This document shows positions 42,016-51,700 of a stretch of 64,000 bases of DNA, piece by piece. The stretch covers positions 32,001-96,000 of IMG/VR virus record IMGVR_UViG_3300032401_000690; one strand, given 5' to 3'. Within the stretch, counting starts at the first letter, position 1; every line of letters starts with the position of its first letter. Under the pieces are notes generated by a model. The model was not told where the DNA came from and searched no databases. It worked only from the letters and a program-made list of their open reading frames with translations. This DNA is from a virus. Made by a program: the position numbers and the translations under genes.

Positions 42016-42370
42016 AAATTATAGGTCTCTTCCAACCTTAGGTACGCTTGATTTGAATGGAAGAAACCATGTGTGAGTCCCCTCAAATTATAGGTCTCTT
42101 CCAACTTTTACTATTAATAAAAACATCCTATTCTGGGTGTGAGTCCCCTCAAATTATAGGTCTCCTCCAACTACGCCAAGCTTTGCAAAGGAGACCAAGT
42201 AGGTGTGAATCCCCTTAAATTATAGGTCTCCTCCAACTATAGAGAGAAAAGTAGAATAGCCCAAGTTGGTGTGAATCCCCTTAAATTATAGGTCTCCTCC
42301 AACGGAATTGGAAATGTAAAGGGTTGCCCAAGTTGGTGTGAATCCCCTTAAATTATAGGTCTCCTCCAAC
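42016..42370 (-). CRISPR. CRISPR-like mini-array 2: five 36-bp repeats plus truncated terminal repeat, five spacers
   Basis: Repeats at 42335-42370, 42268-42303, 42202-42237, 42136-42171, 42070-42105, half at 42016-42036; spacers 31, 30, 30, 30, 33 bp; consensus GTTGGARGAGACCTATAATTTRAGGGGAYTCACACC. Confidence 0.75.
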
Positions 42371-42624
42371 CATATAGTCAGAATCTCCTTTGTTTGCAAG
42401 TAACTCAGACCAAAAATAGAATCAAAAAATACCCAAATTCTGTCGTAATTTATATAAACATCCCTATTTTTTGAATCCTGGTAATACACAAATAACGGTT
42501 TTCGGTCCTCATCAACATAATATGTTTTATCATCTTTAACCACCGGAGTTAGATCACCAAACTCTTTGTGTAACCACTTAAACACCAATCTGTCCCTACT
42601 ACTTTCAGTTATTATTATTTTCAT
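42286..42624 (-). CDS. Array-associated small protein, paralog 2 (MKIIITES family)
   Basis: 112 aa; reads through repeat 1 (LEETYNLRGFTP) and spacer 1, stops inside repeat 2. Confidence 0.75.
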   Translation of the reverse strand: MKIIITESSRDRLVFKWLHKEFGDLTPVVKDDKTYYVDEDRKPLFVYYQDSKNRDVYINYDRIWVFFDSIFGLSYLQTKEILTIWLEETYNLRGFTPTWATLYISNSVGGDL

Positions 42625-42632
42625 ATCATTTT

Positions 42633-42786
42633 AAATTATAGGTCTCTTCCAACCAATTTACAGAAACTTGACGGTATATAATTGGGTGTGAGTCCCCTCA
42701 AATTATAGGTCTCTTCCAACGGGATTTGCATAATCACCTGCCCATGCACTGGTGTGAGTCCCCTCAAATTATAGGTCTCTTCCAAC
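42633..42786 (-). CRISPR. CRISPR-like mini-array 1 within the 3' end of the SOD-fusion gene
   Basis: Repeats 42751-42786 and 42685-42720, half repeat 42633-42653; spacers 30 and 31 bp. Confidence 0.7.
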
Positions 42787-44129
42787 CATACCTTCAGAAT
42801 CTCCTGTGTTTGCGGGCGTTTCAGACCAAAAATAGAATCAAAAAATACCCAAATTCTGTCGTAATCTACATAAATAAACCCATTTTTTTCATCCTGGTAA
42901 TACACAAATAACGGTTTTCTGTTCTCATCAACATAAAAGGTTTTATCACGTTTAACTACGGGTGTTAGATTTCCAAACTCTTTGTTTAACCACTTTAATG
43001 CGGATTTAAATTTAGGATCAACCGATTCGTTAATTGATTCTTTTTTACTTGTTCTCAAGTCATAAAGACTAGTAACGAATTCCCAATTAATATGGTTCCA
43101 AAATTTATTAATATATTGGTCTCGTTTATTTTTATATCTTAAATAATATGCGTGTTCCCAAAGATCTAATCCAAGGATTGGATATCCACCATTAACATCA
43201 TTCATTAATGGGTTATCTTGGTTTGGTGTTGTAATAATTTTTAATCTATTAGTTTTTGTTAAAACCAACCATACCCAACCTGAACCAAAACTATCCAAGG
43301 CGGCCTTATTAAATTCTTCTTTAAAATTTTTAAATGATTTGTATTGGTTTGTTATTTTATCTAAAAGATCCCCTTTTAAAGTTTGTTTTTTTGGGGTTAA
43401 CATTTTCCAAAACAATGCGTGATTAAATGCACCACCGGCATTATTTCTGACCTTTGTATTAAATTTAGTGATAGTTTTAATGATGTCCTCAAGTTCTATA
43501 TCACCTTTTCTACTTGATAATGCATCATTTAATTTTTTAACATAACCTTTATAATGTTTGTTATAATGAACATCCATTGTTTCAGGATCAACAAATTGTT
43601 TTAATGCCGAATATGAATAGGGTAATTTCTCAATACCAATTTTTTTCATTTCGGTAATGAATTCTTTTTGAATGTTAATTTTGTCTGTTAATACGATTTG
43701 TTCTGTTAAGATATCAATTCTATTTGAAATGGGTTTTAACCCCTCATAAACAATATTAACCATTTCGGGGTGTTCTTTTTCAAACATTTTAATTAATCGT
43801 CCAGCACCAGCATTTGCTTCATCCTCATTTTTTCCACCAATATCTTGACCAATTTCCCGTTTTAATATGGTCATTTGATGTTCGTGAATCCATTCGTGTG
43901 CAAGAGTTCTTAAGATATCTCGGTTCAACCGACCTTTAGTTAAAATTTTAATACCAAACTCATCACTTCTACTACCAGTCGTCATTTGACCTGTGCGATC
44001 ACCCAAGAAAGAAACTAATATATCATTCTTTAATGGATATTTTTCATTTAAAAACTTAATAAATTTTTTGGCAAGATCCTTACTTTCTTGGGACATTGAG
44101 CATTTAATATGTTTAATAGATACTTTCAT
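42636..44129 (-). CDS. sod: Fe/Mn superoxide dismutase fused to an N-terminal HExxH domain and a C-terminal array-associated domain
   Basis: HYNKHYKGYV, NNAGGAFNHALFW, FGSGWVWL, DLWEHAYY; N-term LAHEWIHEHQ...NEDEANA; C-term KWLNKEFG...WLEETYNL. Confidence 0.9.
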   Translation of the reverse strand: MKVSIKHIKCSMSQESKDLAKKFIKFLNEKYPLKNDILVSFLGDRTGQMTTGSRSDEFGIKILTKGRLNRDILRTLAHEWIHEHQMTILKREIGQDIGGKNEDEANAGAGRLIKMFEKEHPEMVNIVYEGLKPISNRIDILTEQIVLTDKINIQKEFITEMKKIGIEKLPYSYSALKQFVDPETMDVHYNKHYKGYVKKLNDALSSRKGDIELEDIIKTITKFNTKVRNNAGGAFNHALFWKMLTPKKQTLKGDLLDKITNQYKSFKNFKEEFNKAALDSFGSGWVWLVLTKTNRLKIITTPNQDNPLMNDVNGGYPILGLDLWEHAYYLRYKNKRDQYINKFWNHINWEFVTSLYDLRTSKKESINESVDPKFKSALKWLNKEFGNLTPVVKRDKTFYVDENRKPLFVYYQDEKNGFIYVDYDRIWVFFDSIFGLKRPQTQEILKVWLEETYNLRGLTPVHGQVIMQIPLEETYNLRGLTPNYIPSSFCKLVGRDL

Positions 44130-44158
44130 TGTTTATAAATATCAATCAATCTATTCTT

Positions 44159-45922
44159 TTACATTCTTCTATTAATAGAATTTAACATTTCCTCAACAAT
44201 ATCCCCACCATTCTCAAGTAGATCATCACCCATAACGGTATTAATGATCTTTTTCTTGTGGTTTAAAATGTTATAAATTGCTCCCTCAATAGTATTTTCA
44301 AATAATGGATAATAAATTAACACATTATTTTTTTGACCATAACGATACGCCCTATCTTCTGCTTGAGCATGTTCGGCAGGAACAAAAGATAAATCATTCA
44401 TAATAACAACCTCAGCGGCAGTTAATGTTAACCCAACACCAGCAGCCTTTAAATTTCCAACGAACACCTTAATCTTATCGTTTTCTTGGAATTCATCAAT
44501 TGCGTGTTGTCGTTTTGGTTTTGAACAACTACCATCCAAATAAACGGATTGTTTCCCAAAATGATTATGTATTAATTGTAAGGTGTCAGTAAAGTTGGTG
44601 AATATAATAACTTTCTTACCCTGTTCAATAATATTCTCAACAATCTCAATAGTATGTTTTACTTTTTCGTTGGCAATAATTTTTCTAACCTTCATTAATT
44701 TACTGAACTGTATTGTAAGTGATGTAGATTCCTCCGACTTCTTTTCAAACCAATCATAATACTCACCCATCATCTCCTCATAATCTTTTGATTTTAAATT
44801 AAGATAAATTGGGGATATGATTTTTTCGGGTAGATCCAACACGTCGTCTTTTAATCGTCTCAACATTTGTTTTGATGTTCTATCTCTTAGTTCTTCCAAA
44901 TTAGACGCCCCCTGAACATTCCATATCTTTCTTTTACCCGCCATAAATTGATAACCCTGACAATAACGTATCGCATAAGCCATCCAATTCTGAGCAACGG
45001 GACTCTCAATAATATTTAATAAATTAAAATAATTCATTGGTCTATTGGTCATCGGAGTTCCCGTTAATAACCAAACCCTTTTAATTTTTTTAACAAATGA
45101 ATTGATGATTTTTGTTCGTTGAGCTTGGGGATTAGAGATCATATGAGCTTCATCCATTATAACCAAATCAAATTCAGAATTCTCCAATAAAGATTTCTCT
45201 TTTACCTTTGGATCATAAAAGTTTTTAAGGATGTCGTAATTAATGATTACAAAGTCGTGGTCAGTTGAAAACTTTTTACCCTCACAAATAAAAATACTAC
45301 GATCAGTGTAGTTCTCAATTTCTCGTTGCCAATTAATCTTTAACGATGCGGGACAAATAATTAATATCTTCTTAACACCAGTCTCTAATGCGGCAATAAT
45401 AGTTGCGGTTGTTTTACCCAACCCCATATCGTCAGCAAGAATAAATCTTCTTGACCCAACCAATTTCTCAATTGCCTCTTTTTGGTGATTAAGTGGTGGT
45501 CGGTTATCGTATTTGGAATAATCAACATCAACCTTCTCAATGGTGTGGGTTTTTATTAATGATGATTTAGGTACCCAAAATTCGGTTATCTCATCTTTTT
45601 CAAAAAACTTACCCCAAATATGATACGATTTTTCTTTCTCAACCAAAAGTTTTTCAATATAGATTTTATCTGGAACCTCTAAAAGGTATTTTTCTTCAGC
45701 AAATTTCTTTGCAAAGTAAGTGTCCAAATCAACCCACTTACGAGCAACTTTTGGTGTTACATCGTGATAGTTGTTAATATAATCAGATTGTGTTCTTGTT
45801 GGAAAGAATTTTTTATTCTTCTCTTTTTTTGTTTTTAACGAAAGGATATAGTTATTTGCCCCCGAGTAAACTTCAAGTAATTCTAATGCCTTATGTTCTA
45901 TCATTGTAGACGTGTTCTCCAA
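44159..45922 (-). CDS. SNF2-family (HARP/SMARCAL1-like) helicase
   Basis: LADDMGLGKT, DEAH, LLTGTP, RRLK, GVGLTLT, QAEDRAYRYGQ. Confidence 0.92.
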   Translation of the reverse strand: MENTSTMIEHKALELLEVYSGANNYILSLKTKKEKNKKFFPTRTQSDYINNYHDVTPKVARKWVDLDTYFAKKFAEEKYLLEVPDKIYIEKLLVEKEKSYHIWGKFFEKDEITEFWVPKSSLIKTHTIEKVDVDYSKYDNRPPLNHQKEAIEKLVGSRRFILADDMGLGKTTATIIAALETGVKKILIICPASLKINWQREIENYTDRSIFICEGKKFSTDHDFVIINYDILKNFYDPKVKEKSLLENSEFDLVIMDEAHMISNPQAQRTKIINSFVKKIKRVWLLTGTPMTNRPMNYFNLLNIIESPVAQNWMAYAIRYCQGYQFMAGKRKIWNVQGASNLEELRDRTSKQMLRRLKDDVLDLPEKIISPIYLNLKSKDYEEMMGEYYDWFEKKSEESTSLTIQFSKLMKVRKIIANEKVKHTIEIVENIIEQGKKVIIFTNFTDTLQLIHNHFGKQSVYLDGSCSKPKRQHAIDEFQENDKIKVFVGNLKAAGVGLTLTAAEVVIMNDLSFVPAEHAQAEDRAYRYGQKNNVLIYYPLFENTIEGAIYNILNHKKKIINTVMGDDLLENGGDIVEEMLNSINRRM

Positions 45923-45972
45923 AATAGTTAGTTTGTGTTAATAATAATCAATAAATAGATATTTATCAATAT

Positions 45973-46935
45973 ATGAGTAAATTTGAATTATATGGTTTGT
46001 ATTGTCCGTTAACCAACGAAATAAAATATGTTGGTATAACAAAAAATGGATTAAATAAAAGATTAAATAGTCATTTAAGAAAACCAACTAACGAATTTAT
46101 TGGTAAATGGTTTAAAGATTTAAAAAACAATAATAACAGACCAATTATTAAATTAATAAAAGAGTGTGACTCTTACGAAGATTTATTACTTTCCGAATAT
46201 AATGAAATAAAAAAACTTAGGGAATTAAAAATAGATATTTATAATTTAACTGACGGTGGGGATATTAATCCAATGTTGGGTAAATCACACACTTCCGAGT
46301 CTAAACTTAAAATGTCTTTATTCCATAAGGGGAAAATAATAAGTGACGAACAAAGACAAAAACAAAAAGAAACGTTAAATAGGTTGTGGTCAAATAAATT
46401 ATGGTCTGAAAAAATGAAACAAAAAATGTCGGAAAATACATCGGGGAGTAATAACCCAAATTGGAAGGGAGGGGTAACTAATGAGAAATGTTTATGTGGT
46501 AATAAAAAGAGTTTTGGTAGAAAAACTTGTATGTCTTGTAGGGACGTAAATGGAATTAAAAATCCGTTTTTTGGTAAAAAACACAGCGAAAAAACATTAA
46601 ATATATTAAGAGAAAAAAGTAAAAAATATGGGAAGGAAAACCCTAATTTCAAATACGATATTAATGAAGAAGAATTATATAATTTATATATTAAAAATAA
46701 TAAAACAGTAGTTGAGATTAGTAATCAATTTAATTGTGCGATAAACACAATAAATAAAAAATTAAGACAATATAATATATATAAACCAAAATCTAATATT
46801 TATAATTTAGTGATTGATGATGTAAAAAATTATTTACTAAATAATTTAAACTATATTCAGATTGGTTATATCTATGGGTGTAGTAATAAAATTATACATA
46901 AATTTGTAAAAAAACATAACTTATATGTCAAATAA
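45973..46935 (+). CDS. GIY-YIG homing endonuclease with NUMOD3 and HTH
   Basis: LYGL...KYVGIT...R...H, NLTDGG, GKSHT, NPNWKGG, NPFFGKKH. Confidence 0.85.
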   Translation: MSKFELYGLYCPLTNEIKYVGITKNGLNKRLNSHLRKPTNEFIGKWFKDLKNNNNRPIIKLIKECDSYEDLLLSEYNEIKKLRELKIDIYNLTDGGDINPMLGKSHTSESKLKMSLFHKGKIISDEQRQKQKETLNRLWSNKLWSEKMKQKMSENTSGSNNPNWKGGVTNEKCLCGNKKSFGRKTCMSCRDVNGIKNPFFGKKHSEKTLNILREKSKKYGKENPNFKYDINEEELYNLYIKNNKTVVEISNQFNCAINTINKKLRQYNIYKPKSNIYNLVIDDVKNYLLNNLNYIQIGYIYGCSNKIIHKFVKKHNLYVK

Positions 46936-47441
46936 TAAAGTGCCTATATCAAGGCTTGGTAAGTTCTTCTCCGAAGAAGATTTTTTTTTTAGAGGTGGCC
47001 CTTGGTCAGGAATGGTTACACGGTGATATGAATTTTACGTGTGTCCTTTATCGTATTGATAGATATAAAACAAAAACTGACGATGTTTATGGTGAAGCCC
47101 TTGAAGATGGTATAAAATATTTACCACCCGTTGAGTTTAATGGTTATGTTCAGATCACTGCCCCTGAAAATAAACTTATGGGATCCACTCGTATTGAGCA
47201 AATGGAACCAGGAAATATTAAAGTATCTGTTTATCAAAAAACATTGGATGATTTGGGTATTGATATTAGTTTTGGGGATTATATTGGTTATTATGAAAGT
47301 GAAACGGTAGTTAGATACTATACGGTAAATAACGATGGTCGTGTTATTTCGGATAACAAACATTCGTATGGGGGCTATAAACCATTTTATCGCACTATTA
47401 GTGCATCACCTGTTGGTCCAAACGAATTTAGAGGATTATAA
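46925..47441 (+). CDS. Head-closure/neck protein-like; frameshifted at T10 run (46981-46990)
   Basis: ATG 46925 gives MSNNKVPISRLGKFFSEEDF; removing one T joins it to FLEVALGQEW... of the track ORF 46956..47441; DDVYGE motif. Confidence 0.65.
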
Positions 47442-47452
47442 TATATATTAAT

Positions 47453-48490
47453 ATGGGATTACCTAAAAAAATAAAAAAGACATTACCATTAACACAACCA
47501 AGAACTTTATATCCTAGAAGACAGGAATTAAAGGAGATGATTGAACGCGATGGAACTTATCTTCCCAAATCATTACTTCACGCAGATCTTGATCGTGGAT
47601 TTTTGGATTTTGTTAGGGATGAATTAAAATGTGTTGTTGAGGGAAAAACGGTTCCAATGGTTGATATTTTAATATCCACACAAAATTGGTCTCAATTTGT
47701 TGAAACTTGGGATTTCCAAAATATTGATAAAAATACCGAACCACCCCTTATTACTGTCATTAGAACACCTGAAGTTAAATACGGAACAAATCCGGCATTA
47801 AGGTATAATATACCAAATAGAAGGCAATATTATTATGCTCAAGTACCAACTTGGGATGGTCAAAGACACGGTATGGATATCTATAAAATACCACAACCCG
47901 TTCCTGTTGATATAAAATATACTGTTGCAATTATTTGTAATAGAATGAGAGAACTCAATAAGTTTAACCAAATCATATTGGAGAAATTCTCATCAAGACA
48001 AGCATATCAAAACATTAAAGGACACTACATTCCAATTGTTAACGACGATATAACAGACGAATCAGTGTTAGATCTTGAGAAAAGAAAAGTATATATTCAA
48101 AAATACACATTCACAATGTTGGGATTTTTAATTGATGAAGATGAGTTTGAGGTTCAACCTGCGGTTACAAGAATTTTTCAAATGTATGAAGTTGATACAC
48201 AAATAAAAAAGAAACGACAAAAAAGGGAAGAACCAAATATACCATCGGATTATATTCCAACATATCCATCAGGAGTAACGGAATCTATCCAAACCTTTGA
48301 ATATACTGTTAATTTAACTTTAGGTGAAACAACTAATGTTGATAATTTTAGTGTATACATTAATGGTGACTATTATGGTGATAATATTGAGTTTATACAA
48401 ATCAATACAAATGATGTATTAAGGATAACAGTTGTTAAACCAAACGAGTCTGATGGTACCAAAATTATATATAACCAAGAGTTATTATAA
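47453..48490 (+). CDS. Tail terminator/sheath-stabiliser-like protein (T4 gp15-like)
   Basis: PVPVDIKYTV..IC..M.ELN...E motif; position before the sheath gene. Confidence 0.55.
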   Translation: MGLPKKIKKTLPLTQPRTLYPRRQELKEMIERDGTYLPKSLLHADLDRGFLDFVRDELKCVVEGKTVPMVDILISTQNWSQFVETWDFQNIDKNTEPPLITVIRTPEVKYGTNPALRYNIPNRRQYYYAQVPTWDGQRHGMDIYKIPQPVPVDIKYTVAIICNRMRELNKFNQIILEKFSSRQAYQNIKGHYIPIVNDDITDESVLDLEKRKVYIQKYTFTMLGFLIDEDEFEVQPAVTRIFQMYEVDTQIKKKRQKREEPNIPSDYIPTYPSGVTESIQTFEYTVNLTLGETTNVDNFSVYINGDYYGDNIEFIQINTNDVLRITVVKPNESDGTKIIYNQELL

Positions 48491-48655
48491 TCAATCTTCC
48501 CCATAAATATCTTTTTTCTCCTTACACTTTTCAAATATAAGGTTTTCCAAAAAACGATACATTTTGATCCCACGTTTATCACAATAACGTTTTAAAACTT
48601 CGTGCGACTCAACTGAAATCTTTAAATTCTTTATTTTTTTAACATCTTCACTCAT
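48491..48655 (-). CDS. Small ribbon-helix-helix-like DNA-binding protein (54 aa)
   Basis: Manual translation MSEDVKKIKNLKISVESHEVLKRYCDKRGIKMYRFLENLI...; TATTTATA upstream on minus strand (48691-48698). Confidence 0.65.
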   Translation of the reverse strand: MSEDVKKIKNLKISVESHEVLKRYCDKRGIKMYRFLENLIFEKCKEKKDIYGED

Positions 48656-48734
48656 AGGTAGAAAAAAGGTAGAATAAAATCATACCATAATATAAATAGT
48701 TTCATATAAGTAAAGTTTTTGCTTAAAACTCCAA

Positions 48735-48742
48735 TATTTATA
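48735..48742 (+). promoter_or_regulatory. TATTTATA candidate late-promoter motif (representative; recurs before many genes)
   Basis: Also on + at 13625, 15878, 23641, 36328, 36787, 45960, 52668, 55216, 56765, 58621 and on - at 6414, 8684, 10688, 41626, 44134, 45951, 48691. Confidence 0.6.
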
Positions 48743-48774
48743 TAATAAAATAAATCTATAAACAAACAAACAAA

Positions 48775-51700
48775 ATGGCAACTAACAGTAAAGTATTTGT
48801 ATCACCAGGTGTATATACTTCAGAAGTAGACTTAAGTTTCGTTGCACAAAGCGTTGGTGTTACCACTTTAGGTATTGTGGGGGAGACTTTAAAAGGACCT
48901 GCTTTCGAACCAATCTTTATCAGAAACTTTGATGAATTTACGGCTTTTTTTGGTGGAACATCTGCTGAGAAATTCGTAAATACTCAAATCCCTAAATATG
49001 AAGCGGCTTACATCGCAAAATCATATTTACAACAATCTAACCAATTATTCGTAACAAGAGTATTGGGATTATCAGGTTATGATGCAGGACCATCTTGGTC
49101 TATCGTAACTGTGGCAAACGTTGATCCAACAACAATCGGATTTGATTGTGCTAGTGGTGAGACAGTAGATTGTAACTTTGTATGTACATCAGCACATACA
49201 TTTGATATTAATGTTGATTTTACGGGATGTACTAATAACATATCATCTGTAGGATTTACAAGTAACTTCCCAAGTCAAATTCAATCAATCTTAAATAATT
49301 CTTACCAACAATTTAATGGTGGGACATCAACTTTAAATGATGATATAACAGGAACAATATATGATATCATCACATTAGATAATCCTGGCGCAGGTCAAAC
49401 AGTAATTGATTATTTCGGTTCTATTGATACCGATGATTATAATGTTTTACATCCAATTTTTTCTGCTGGAACTGAGAATAATAATTTTAGTGTTCCCTCG
49501 GTCTCTTTAGATGCAACTAATCTTGAATCACCATTAAATGATTCTTGGTATTATGCATTATTTGATAATACAGGAAATGGTAATTATACAGGTTTCTCAT
49601 TCTATTCTTATGTAACGGGAACAACTGCCACATCAACATCAAGTAATTGTGCGTCATTCTACTCACTTAGTGTTGGAGGGTCGGTTACTTCATTTGATCC
49701 TATTGTTTCAGGAGGTACAGGTTATACGGCATCAACAACAGGTTTAACAACAGTTAACATAAGTGGTGTTGGTTCAGGATTAACGGTAGATGTGTCAGTA
49801 AGTGGTACTGGTGTTGTTACAGGGGTTACAATTAATTGTGAAGGTTCAGGGTATGAATTGGGAGACATTGTTCAGATAGTTCAGCCAGGTTCAGGTGGAG
49901 ATGCGACCTTATCGATTATTGTCGGTGCAACTACTAATGGTATCATTAATTATAATACAAATACAATAAATGTATGTTTACCATCTGGGACATCAACTTG
50001 TGTATTATCTACGTTGGTTCCTACATTCAGTGCTTGTACGAGTGGTGTTAGTGTTAATTCAGTAATACAATCAAGTGGTGGAACCGCAAATAATTTCACG
50101 TCAGGTTCAGTAACATATGTGTTAACATCTGAAGATAGTACTTTAACAACAACTTGGACGGTTAATGTTCAAATAAATGATCCTTGTAATCCTTGTTCTT
50201 TCGCTAGTGGTGGAACACAAAATACAGGAGAAATAACAACTTGTTATTCAGGTCAAGTAGTAGGTAAATTATATCTATATACAGGTAATTCATTTACTGA
50301 CTATGATGATATGGTAGTTGGAACATTAAGATCAAGAGGTATATCTGATTATGTTGATGGTACAAACCCAACATATGAAATAACAGGAGTTACTGATGTA
50401 ACACTTGATATGACAGGACCTTACTCAGGAGTTGCAAAAAATCCTTATATGTCATTTGTTGTAAATGCAACAAATTATGAAGGAACTAATTATTCTTTTG
50501 AAACTTCTTTCACTGCGAGTGATGCTAAATACATACCTAAAGTGTTTGGAACTTCCAATTTTGGAAAACCAAGAAACGTTGTTCCATTAATGATGGAAGA
50601 AAGATTCCAAAACTTGTTAAATTACGCATACAAGAAAGGATACATTAGAGGTTTAAGTAATAACCTAATTTCTTTGAATTCTGCTCAAAGTGAAGAATCA
50701 ACATCAATTGGATGGTACTTGGATAAATACCAATCACCAAGTTCTCCTTGGGTTGTATCTGAATTAAGAGGTACTAAAATTTATAACTTATTTAAGTTCT
50801 ATACTATATCAGATGGTAATACGGCAAATACTGAAGTTAAAATATCAATTTCTGATATATCATTCGCAAATCAAACATTTACTGTATTGGTTCGTGATTA
50901 TTATGATAACGATTCTGCACCTACAGTATTGGAGAAATTCACAAACTGTACGTTGGATCCAAGTCAAAATAATTTCATTGCGAAGAAAGTAGGAACACTT
51001 GATGGTGAATATGAATTGAATTCTAAATACATAATGGTTGAAATGAATGAAGATGCTCCGGTAGATGCGTTACCTTGTGGATTTGAAGGATTTAACTTTA
51101 GAGAGTATTCAGGAGCAATTCCTCCATTCCCAATTTATAAAACAAAATACGATTTCCCAGGTGAAGTAATTTATAACCCACCATTCGGTTTACCTACAGG
51201 TGGAGACAATTCTACAACAACAGGTGGTGATAACATAAGAAGAACTTATCTTGGGATGTCAAATTTCTGGGGTTATGATAGTAACTTCTTTGAATATAAA
51301 GGTAAAAGAAACCCAATTTCATCTTGTAATTTAGAAGGTGGTGAGTGGTCTTACAGAACAAAAGGTTACCATATGGATAAAAACGCAAGTGGTCTTACGA
51401 TCTCAAGTGCGTTTGCTACAAGTGGGACACCAAGATTCTTTGTTGGAGACGCACCATTTGCATCTGAACCAACAAGTGAGTTAAGTCCTTATTATAGAAT
51501 ATTCTCAAGAAAATTCACTTTGTTTGTACAAGGAGGATTTGACGGATGGGATATCTATAGAGAATTTAGAACTAACGGTGATAAATATGTTTTAGGTAGA
51601 ATAGGTTTCCTTAATGGGGCTTGTCCTACAGATAGATACCCAACGGCATCTGGATGGGGAGCGTTTAAACAAATCTCTATTGGTGATGGAACACGTACTT

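Noticed and set aside
42238-42267. Possible self-target of this spacer near 48657-48676
   Set aside because: Only about 8 contiguous purine-rich bases (GTAGAATA) match; chance level. No convincing in-window protospacer was seen by eye.
41665-42786. Diversity-generating retroelement as the explanation for the repeats
   Set aside because: No reverse transcriptase in the window, and variation is not adenine-specific between a template/variable pair; the conserved part is A-rich. An RT elsewhere in the genome is not excluded.
37198-47441. cas genes near the arrays
   Set aside because: Neighbours are PolB, neck, SOD, SNF2 helicase and GIY-YIG. The helicase is not Cas3 (no HD domain), and no Cas1, Cas2 or Cas13-like ORF is seen.
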